Positions 49,285-64,000 of a stretch of 64,000 nt of DNA are shown here, in pieces. This DNA is from the human T2T-CHM13v2.0 reference genome, Homo sapiens. How positions within the stretch are numbered: position 1 is the stretch's first letter; the number at the start of each line of letters is the position of its first letter. The position numbers were made by a program, and so were the translations under genes. The stretch is taken from assembly GCF_009914755.1 (NCBI RefSeq), contig NC_060942.1, one strand, 5' to 3'. The notes below the pieces were generated by a model. It made no database searches. It saw only the letters and a program-made list of their open reading frames with translations, and had not been told where the DNA came from.

Positions 49285-51046
49285 CCCCACACACTCACAC
49301 ACACCTACACTCATACCCCTACACAGACCCCACACACTCACACACACCCACACACACACCCCCACACACCCCATACCCCCCACACCCCCCACACACACAT
49401 CCCCCGCACACCCCATACCCCCCCACACCCCACACACCCCATATCCCACACACCCCATACCCTCCCACACACCCCACACACATACCCACACGTACCCCCC
49501 GCACACCCCATACCCCCCCACACACCCCACCCCCCCCACACACACATACCCCCCGCACACCCCATACTCCCCTACACCCCCCACACACACCCACACACAC
49601 CCCCGTGCACACCCCATACCCCCCCACACACCCCATACCCCCCCACACACACCCCCCGCACACCCCATACCCCCCACACACCCACCCCACACACCCCATA
49701 CCCTCCCACACACCCCACACACACCCACACACACCCACACACACACACCCTGCACACCCCATACCCCCCACATCCCACACACCCCATACCCCCACACACC
49801 CCATACCCCCCACACTTACCCATATACACACCCCCACACACCCCCATACCCCCCACACCCCCCCACATCCCCCCACACCCCCCGCACACCCCATACCCAA
49901 CACCCCACACACACCCACACACACACCCCCTGCACACCCCATATCCCCCCACACACCCCATACCCCCACACACCCCATACCCCCCACACGTGCACCCCCC
50001 ACACACCCCACGCCTCGTACCCCCACACACACCTTGTACCCCCACACACTCACACACCCCCACACACGCACCACCACACACGCACCCCACACGCACCCCA
50101 CACACACCCTGTACCCACCCCACACGCACCCCACACGCACCCCACATACACCCCACACGTACCCCATCCCCCACACACACCCCACACACGCACTCCCACA
50201 CACATACCCACACACCCCATACCCCCGCACAGATGCACCCCCACACACAAACCACACACACCCCACACACGCACCCCCACACACCCCCCACACACCCCGG
50301 ACACACACACCCCCACACACCCCCCACATATCCCATACCCCCAACACACGTGCCCCCACACACACCCCACACACACCCCGTACCCCCCACATACACTCCA
50401 CACACACGCACCCCAGACACACACACCCCACACACATTTCCCTCCACACACCCCACACACCCCATACCCCCCCCCACACCCCATACCCCCCAAACACACC
50501 CCACACACACGCACCCCACACATGCATGCACCCCCCTACATGCACACTCACACCCACAGCCCCCACCCCCACACTCTCACACATGCACATTCACAGACAC
50601 GTACCCCACATACACATGCACTCACACCTTCCACACACCTCACACACCCCATCCCCCCACATGCACCCCCAAACACATCCCACACACACTCCCATACACA
50701 CCCCACACACTCACACCCCCCACCCCCCACACACGCACCCACATACACACCCTCCCCACATACCCCCCACACACCCACACTCACATCCCCCACTCCCCCC
50801 CACACACCCCACATCCCCACACACACACCTCCACACATCCCCATGCACACACTCACACCCCCACCCCCCACACACATACCCCCACACACTCACACCCTCC
50901 CCACATACCCCCCACACACCCCACATCCCCCCACACATCCCCCCCACACATCCACATGCGCACACACACGCACACGCACACACGCACAGGCACACACATG
51001 CACAGACACACATGCACACACACTCACTCCGCACACACACTCACTC
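49285..51046. repeat. Complex C/A-rich minisatellite (core ccccatacccccc(a/g)cacac)
   Basis: About 1.76 kb, dominated by C and A on the plus strand. Recurring ccccatacc and cacgcacccc motifs, ending in (CA)n-like sequence. Confidence 0.95.
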
Positions 51047-52242
51047 CTCGGGGCCCTTCGCTGTCCTGTGGCCCAGTGGCCCACGGAGAAGGATGCCAGG
51101 AGAGAAACGGGTGGGCTGGTCTTGTGGAATCTGGCAGCCAGGGCAGCCCCCATCTGAAGGCAGGAGGATCTGGAGGGGCGCAGAGGCTGTGTTGACCAGA
51201 ACATTCTCCACTCAGTGCCCAGAATTCTATGGTTAGAATCTTTGAATGGAGGCTGTTGGGCCTCCAACAGGCCCTCAATGTGCACACCAGACACAGGGCA
51301 GGACAGAGGGGCTGGGCAGGATTGCTGCCGCGTAGGGGCCTGGACTCGCAGGGCGCTGGGAGGATAACTGCTGATGAATGGTGCACAGAGGCAGCCATGC
51401 AGAGGCCCAGGAGGACAGAGCTGAATGGATGAGCCCGGCAGGGCCAGGTACCTGGAGACCCGGAAGGGACCACTGCCGGCGGGGTGGCATCAAAGCCCTC
51501 CCTGAGCCACCCTTCAAGCCAGGTTTGGGTTAGGAGGACCACACCGGAGTTCTGGCAGTGCCAGTGTATCAGGCGGAAGCTTGGCCCGGGGGTGGAAGAT
51601 GGAGCGAGCCCCTCATGGGTAAGACGAAGTGGTAGTGCAGACTGTGGCCGAGGCCGCATGCTCCAGACATCAGGGAGCGCTCGCCTCAGCCAACTCCCAG
51701 TTTTTCCAGTTCTTTGGTGACCCCAGTGCCCTGTTCAATGTAGCATCAAAGAACCCCGAGGGTGGCAGACAGAAGCCCCAGTCAAAGGCCCAGCAGCCTC
51801 GGGTGGGCTCTGGGAGAGGGGCTAGACCCTGGCTGCCACCCAGTGCGCCGCCCCACCGGGCCTCCCGGGCTGACCTCCAGCTCAGGTTTCCCGGATGAGT
51901 GGTGGCCCAAGACTGCACTGCTCCCTGCCTGCGCCTTCAGGGCCTGCACTCACCCCGTCTGAGGGGCCTGACCCCAGAGCCCTGAATACCGTGAGAAAGG
52001 CAGGAGACACAAGACAGGGAGTGGCCTTCATCCCTCAGCCTCACCCCACACTGGATGGGTGAGGTCTCTGCAGGCCACCCCTGGGGCTCTGAGTCCAGGC
52101 GTCTGCTGCTTTCGGGAACCGCAGAGATGGCCAAGTGAGGACACAGGTTGCCATTGCCCGCCCCACCTCCGAGGGAAGCTGAAGGCTAGGGGTCCTGCCT
52201 GGGAGCCCCGTTTTTGCAAGCCATTTTCTACCTTCCTGGCTC

Positions 52243-52370
52243 CCTCCCCTCTGGTCCTCTTCCCTAACTTCCCCCTCTTCCCCCTCTCCTCCTCTCCTCC
52301 TCTCCTCCTCCTCTCTTCACCCCTTCTGTGCGCCTCTTTCCTCCTCATCTCTGCTTCCTCCCCCTCTCCA
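52243..52370. repeat. Polypyrimidine (CT-rich) low-complexity tract
   Basis: ccccctcttccccctctcctcctctcctcctctcctcctcctctcttc... Confidence 0.8.
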
Positions 52371-54735
52371 GCAAGGAAACATATGCCCATTCTTTCCTTT
52401 CCTTGTTCTGTCCTCATAATTTTCTGCATCCCTCCCTAACTCTCCCTCAGTCCCCCAAGAGGATGTCCTTGTAATAATGGCAAACATCCTCTTCTGTCTG
52501 GGGGGCACTGTAGTGAGTGGAGGCTGCTGTTGAGAGGTTTGTTCAGAATACCCCAAGCTGCGAAGGTGATACGCCCTGAGTTAGCAACTACAAAGAAAAG
52601 AGAAGTCCACGTAAGCCTACGTTTTCCTAGGCCTGACACGAATTGGGCTGATTTTTCTGGGAAGAGCAAAAGATCAGGCGAGTGTGGACACTGACTCTGT
52701 TAACGTTCTTAACATCTGGGAGTCAGGGTGGTTGGGAGAGGGGCGTACAGAGTTAGAATGCTCTGGGAAAAGGGTCTTGGGAAGTGTGATCTCAGTAGGT
52801 TTCTTATTTTGATTAGCTGTAAAAGCATCCTGGGAGGTCAGCAGGTGAGTTTTGGACATTTACACAATGAAAGAGACACCTGTGTGGGGCTCAGCCTCTG
52901 GCATAGCATCCAGCCTTTTGGAGTGCAAGGAGACCACCCGCCTCCAGCTGGTTATTCAGGGCACCTGCCTTCCACCAGCTCAGCTGTTGATGGAAGCCAT
53001 GGTCTTGGACAGACCATTTCCCTCTCTGGGTCTCAGGAGCCTCAGCTGTAAAGTGGGAGTTAGGCCCACCAGGCTTCAAGCAATGGGATTCCACGTGAAC
53101 AGCAAAGGAGTCTGACACCCCCTCCTTGCCAACATAGCTGCTTTGTCGGCATGCATGTTTATTTTTTCCTTCCTTTGAGAAGTAGCTAAACTCACGGGAA
53201 TGTTCCTATGGTGCTCTTCTCCCCATTTGTATTGTTAGTGGAAGATGTTCACTAAGCATGTGGGGAATGAGGCCTGGCAGGATGCCCAGGACTTGAAGGA
53301 GCCCTGGACTGAGCAAAGCCAACTCCTGGTGGGGCCTGGGTGCCCCGTGGGCACTGGACCTTCCATCACTGGGTCTGTGTGTTTGGGAGGGTTCTGCCTC
53401 ATCTCCTGCTTCTTCCCAGGGCAGGTACTTAGCCAGTTAGGGGGCAGGGGACACATCATGGACCAGGGCCTGGAGTGGGGAGGGGGCAGCTGCTGAGACC
53501 TGCACTGTCTACACACTGCAGATGGGGCAGCCTGGGGGCATCCACCTGAAGACATCCCGGAAGAGTGGGGAGAGGCTCAGAATGAGCCCGTCACCTGCAG
53601 CATGTGTGCAGGAGGAGCCCACAGCCACAGTCCTGGGCCCAGCATCCCCACCAGGAGGTACACATTTTACAACCTTGGGCTTCAGGAGGGGCTCTCAATC
53701 CTCTGAGGCCCTTCAGAGCCCACCTCCTCTATGCAAACCTCTTCACAAACAAAAAGGCAAAAGACACAAACAACCAAACAAAAGTCTTCCTCAGGTGACC
53801 TGACTTCTCCCTTCTCTGACTCACAGAGCGTAGAGTGTCTGGTTCTCGACAGTCTTGCACTTTTAATTATGTCAGGGCTTTTTCCATGGGTTTCCAGATA
53901 GGATTTGATCCCTTCAGGGAAGGAACCTTCATGACCCAGACCTGTGCAGGAGGCAAAGGAGCACCTTTTGGAAGTTTTGGGGGCTGCGTCTATGGACTCG
54001 ATGGTGACCTGCCTATACCACAGGCCACACTACATGTCCCCTGAGCCAGGGCCCTGGCAGCTGGTTTCTGCATCCTTCCCTCTCTGTTCAGTGGCCCTCA
54101 GTCCATGTCTATGGAAGCAATGCCCTTCCTTTCTCCCACCTGCTCAGCTTTTTTTCACCCCTGCTGGCCTCTTGTCGGAAATGAAATACACAGAGGAATT
54201 CCCTTTCTTGCATTGACTCCAGTGTAGACAGGGAGCAGATGGGACTGCTGTCTGCTGTCTACACTACACACTACTACACTGCTGTCTGCTGTGTGTGATA
54301 AGGACACAGATAGTCCTGGAGGACCTGAGGGACTTCTGAGGGTCAGACATATTCAGGGACACTCAAGCAACTCACATTTTATGTATATTTTATTGCTTTC
54401 TAATGCTTTATAAAATTAGAGCCACCCCAGGTCATCCATTCTCTGATGCTCTTTCTTTTAATGTCTTTGAACTCAGGATGTGTCTTGCTTAATTGAAGTC
54501 AGGCTCTTCCAGAGAGGGTTACAGTGACTTCTGTTGGGCAATTGGGGAACACTTTAAATTCTTGTAACAGCTTTATTGAGGTGTAATTGTTATGCAAAAA
54601 AGTACATATTTAATATGTGCATTAATAATTTGATGAGTTTGGACATATGTAAACACCCGTTAAACTATCACCTCAATCAAGGTAATAAATATATCCATCA
54701 TCTCCAAAAGTTTCCTCATGGCTACGCTCTTTTAA

Positions 54736-55038
<303 letters not shown>

Positions 55039-55039
55039 T

Positions 55040-55355
<316 letters not shown>

Positions 55356-56152
55356 TGAAATCTACCCTCTTAACAAAAATTTCAAGTATACAATACAGTG
55401 TTGTTAACTGTATGTGCATTTTTAAACATAGGTATAAAGTCATGTACTACAGCTGAAAGTGCTTTTTTTTCCCCCTCATTACACTGAGAAATGTTTAAAT
55501 GTTTTTGGTCTTAAGAATATTTCTGTTTTCACCTTGTACTATTGCTTGGTGAAAACAAGTTGCTGAAGTTACTTTGCACCCATGTAAAGAGGACTTCCTC
55601 CTATTTGTTCTAAAACTGCCTATTAGAATGTTCAAAGGGACTAAACACAAATGTATCCTTCATAACATGGTCTTGTCTCAGCCATTGTCTTTTCAGTGGA
55701 TATTTTGTTTTCTCCACTTACCATGTGCAGTAAGAACAACAGTCTGGGGGTTCCAGACCCTCTTGGAGCTCACGTCTATAATGAACATATTGAAGTGTAT
55801 GGAATGGAATGGAATGTCTCCAGTGGGCAGACTGCCTCCTCCCAGGGCTGGGCAGATCCGTGTGATCTCAGGGCTCTGAGCTACATGTGGGGACCAGAAA
55901 GCAGCCTGGGTAATGACCTGATGCATAGAATTGGGAGACAGCAAGGCTGGGGGTGCTGCTAGTTCTCCCTGGAAGACGCAGGCCTAGAGCCCTGGTTGAT
56001 GGTCTGAGTAGGGTCCCAGCACTAGGCTCATGGTCACACCAGGTATAAACCTACAGGCCAACATGGAATGAGTTCCATCTCGTCTGCACTGTGGGCCTCA
56101 GCTCATGGGGATGTAGCTTTTCTTTGCAATCTAGAAATGTAGTCTGAGGAAT

Positions 56153-56154
<2 letters not shown>

Positions 56155-56198
<44 letters not shown>
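56155..56198. repeat. (GT)22 microsatellite
   Basis: Perfect dinucleotide run. Confidence 0.96.
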
Positions 56199-56205
<7 letters not shown>

Positions 56206-57328
56206 GCTAGAATAGCTTGCTCTTGGTATCAGCATGTTACTTCATTGTGGGGTTTCTAATTTGATCTTGTATTACTCAAAAGGCTCCCAAGGAACTTCAT
56301 GTTTAAGATCCAATTCTGCATTTTACTTCTGCCAATGCCCCTTGTTTCTACAACATTCCAGAAGGTCCAAGCTTCTGAAATGTGTCTACATCCCGGCTGT
56401 GCTGAGACTGGTCCAGGGCTTGGCTCTGGGGGAGCTTATCTCATGACTTCCTTTGCTCTCACTTATTGGAACTGGTGGATTTTGCGGAGAGTAGACACAG
56501 CAGCACAGACAGGTGGGGACTTGCGTTCCATGGTGGCTGTGCTCCTGGAAGGTTTTGCATCTATCAGATGCTTTTTTCTTTGCTGAGGCACTCATACCAG
56601 AGGCACTAGACTGTGTGAGCGGAGTCTGCAGCATGGCTCCTGTCCTGGTAGCTGGACAGTTCAGTGGGGAAGGAAGACAAGGGCACAGGACACACATCTC
56701 CCCATGCTTGTCTTTTTGCTGCTCCCCATCCCCCCCAGACCTCTCTGGTGACAGCTGTATCAGCTGATGTCATAGAAATTGAGGAGGGATAGACAGACAG
56801 CTCCTGCAGCCCTGCTCTGTTGCATGAGAGCAGCTGGGGGCAGCTGTGGACTCTCAAGTACAGGGGACAGGGTGAGGAAGCGGAGCCACCCTGGCTCCAG
56901 GGGCTCCAGGAGAGAAGCGTGGGGAGTGCCATGATTGTCACCCCATCTTCTCTGCTGCTCCAGACCATGCTCCCCGCTGTGTCCCTCCATGTCCTCACTT
57001 GCCCTGGTGCTCAGCACCTCAGGGAGGGCCTGTGGTCTGTTACTGGCTCAGGGGCTGTGTTACACGAACTCCCCAGCTCTCGGGGCTTTGTGACTGCACA
57101 TTTTCACTGACGAGAAACAAAAGGCAGTGACTTTGGCCAACAGTACTGGGGCAGTGGCCAGGAGGTGGGGCATTTGCGTCCCACCTGCTACCGTAGGTTT
57201 CTTTACTCCTGGCTCCTTCTCTCTCTTCCTCAAGTCCCAGGAAGTGAAAGGGAAGGAGTTAGGCCAATTTCGCTGAGATGCTTCTTTGAGATGCTGATGA
57301 GAAGGTGACCGAGGGAGCCCAAGCCTGA

Positions 57329-57344
57329 GGCGCCACCTAGGGTA
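57329..57344 (-). promoter_or_regulatory. Candidate CTCF site
   Basis: Minus strand reads taccctaggtggcgcc, matching the CTCF core AGRKGGCRS. Confidence 0.45.
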
Positions 57345-57799
57345 CAAGGTGTGCCCGGGCTTATTGCTGGACTACTGCAAGTCACCCAGTCAATGAAGTT
57401 CTAGTACTCACATTTAAAATTTAAAATAAAAAATAGAATAGAGAGAATGGGAAAGAAAAGTCATCAATCACTTTATAAAAACAATTTCTCATTTACAAAG
57501 GCATTCCTTTAAAATGTATGTTCCCGTCCTATATTTTAAGTTATTCAACTTAGTAATTTACGAAATGTTTTCCATGGAGGTGAAGGAAATGGCACTTACT
57601 GTGTAAAGTGAGCAAGAGATGGTGTCCCCCAAAGGGCAATACGGATATATTTGATTTTATGTTTTATTTTTGTCATTCATATTTTTCTTAAAGTCATAAA
57701 AATGAAAACCTAGGAATGTTATAAGAAGAAAAATTGATATTTATTTCTTATTTATATCCATCTAGGATGGAGGCCACCCATTCTTGACCAAGTCCTATT

Positions 57800-58540
57800 T
57801 ATAAGCTGATGGCTCTCAAGTCTATATCCCCATCCCAAATGCTTTCAGACTCCAGACTCCTTCACCTAAGGGCCTGCTTGGCATCTCCATCTGAATGTCT
57901 GAACTCCCCTCAAAACCTGTTCTGCCTGCAGCTTTCTCTATCTTAGTGGCTGAGAGAAAAGGCCCAGGAATCATCCTTGACTTCTCTCTGCCAACTCACA
58001 GCCAATCAACCCATTAGAAAATCTCAAGACTGTTTCAAAATATATCCAGAATCTGACAACCTCTCACCACCCCCACTGTAGACTCCCAGATCTGAGGTAC
58101 CATTATTCCTTAGCCTGGATGACTGCAATAGCATCCTAATTGACCTCCTTGCCTCCAACTTTGTCCCTCTGAAGTTCATTTCAGTAGAACATATCGATAG
58201 AAATGCAAGTCAGATGATGTCTTTTCTCTACTCAAAAGCCTGCAGTAGCTCCTGGTTGTACTCAGAATAAATGCCAAAGTCCCTCTTAATGACTTACAAG
58301 GCTCTGCATAACATGCACCCCACTCACTCTGCTCCAGCTGCACTGACTGCTGTTCCCTGAACACACCTGGCATGCTCCTGCCTCAGCTTGGGCACTGGTT
58401 TCCCCTGATCTTCTCCCAGACACCTGTGTGGCCACCTTTCACCTCCTTCAAGCATTTGCTCAAATGTCAAGGACTCAGTGAATCCCACTCTGACCAACTA
58501 CTTTATCATCTTCATACCCAACAATCCATACTTAATATAT
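57800..58540 (+). mobile_element. L2 remnant
   Basis: ctccagactc...gcatctccatctgaatgtct; tcaaaatatatccagaatctgac; aaatgcaagtcagatgatgtc. Confidence 0.8.
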
Positions 58541-58599
58541 TTGCTCAGCTTTCTTGAACTTGAGGTGGAGTTACTGCAATGCACTTTGGTTATTAGAGT

Positions 58600-58727
58600 C
58601 CTCTAGGTCCCAGTTTGCCTAGGACAGTCCCAGTTTACACCTTTTGTCCCAGGGTAATTATTAATAATGTCCTCTTTCACTTTTCAAGACTGACCTAGTT
58701 TGGATGATAAATTAACTGGTCATCCTA
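58600..58727. mobile_element. hAT-Blackjack MITE remnant (MER81/MER94-like)
   Basis: gtcccagtttgcctaggacagtcccagttta...taattattaata, with a terminal tggtcatccta. Confidence 0.6.
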
Positions 58728-58944
58728 GGGGAAACCTCTGATGCATTTGGCTTTATTTCCTAACTCTCTCTATAGCATGTAGCTGGGTCAGAAGTAAATT
58801 TCCCATAGTTACCCCACTTTCTATTGATCTTTAGTGCCAGGTGGCAATATCTTTGGTATCTCCCCCAGTTCTCCACTCCTTCTCTTTTGAAAACACATAG
58901 GTACACACATGTGTATGTGCAGACATACACACACTCCATGATAA

Positions 58945-59412
<468 letters not shown>

Positions 59413-59765
59413 TAGTGTTTGGTTCCATACGTAAATTCTTTAGTGGTGATTTCTGAGACTTTGGTGCACCCATCAGCTGAGCAGTGTACACTGTATCCAA
59501 TGTGTAGTCTTTTATCCCTCACCCCCCTCCCACCTTTTCCCCAGAGTCCTCAAAGTCCAATGTATCACTTCTTATGCCTTCTCATCCTCATAGCTTAACT
59601 CCCACTTATGAGTGAGAACCTATGATGTTTGGTTTTCCATTTCTGAGTTATTTCACTTAGAATAATAGTTTCTAATTCCATTCAGGTTGCTGTGAATGCC
59701 ATTATTTTGTTCCTTTTTATGGCTGAGTAGTATTTCATAGTATGTATATATACCACATTTTCTTT

Positions 59766-60122
<357 letters not shown>

Positions 60123-60194
60123 TAGTTCCATATTTTTGCAATTGTAAATTGTGCTGCTATAAACGTGTGTGCAAGTATCTTTTTTGTATATGAC

Positions 60195-64000
<3,806 letters not shown>

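Noticed and set aside
49285-51046. CRISPR-like or telomeric array
   Set aside because: There is no constant repeat with unique spacers, no TTAGGG units and no cas genes, and the context is eukaryotic.
49053-51236. 727-, 668- and 628-aa His/Pro/Thr-rich ORFs and the Gly/Val/Cys-rich antisense ORFs
   Set aside because: All three plus frames are open because the C/A-rich repeat can hardly form stop codons. This is a compositional artefact.

Overview
Primate genomic DNA, probably human or an African great ape, judged from an L1PA2/3-type 3' UTR and AluY elements. It looks intergenic or intronic: I recognise no host protein-coding exon, RNA gene or CRISPR array. It is dominated by repeats: three LINE-1 relics with disrupted ORFs (L1PA7-like 1-4985 minus; L1PA4-like 6040-9238 plus, with TSDs; L1PA2/3-like 60195-end minus), about 25 Alu copies or fragments, several solo LTRs (one nested), Tigger and hAT remnants, MIR/L2/L1M fragments, microsatellites and a 1.76-kb C/A-rich minisatellite (49285-51046). 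Nearly all long ORFs in the track come from L1, Alu or the minisatellite. The most unusual signal is that separate repeat copies share non-consensus variants at three scales. Two inverted L1s about 51 kb apart share five variants, including FADD->FADE and the same premature TAG. Two inverted Alus 1.4 kb apart share a three-variant patch next to a palindromic repair scar. Two AluY copies 33 kb apart share two transversions. This suggests short-tract non-allelic gene conversion, but common minor variants or assembly polishing are not excluded. Subfamily names and consensus bases are recalled from memory, not from a database search.
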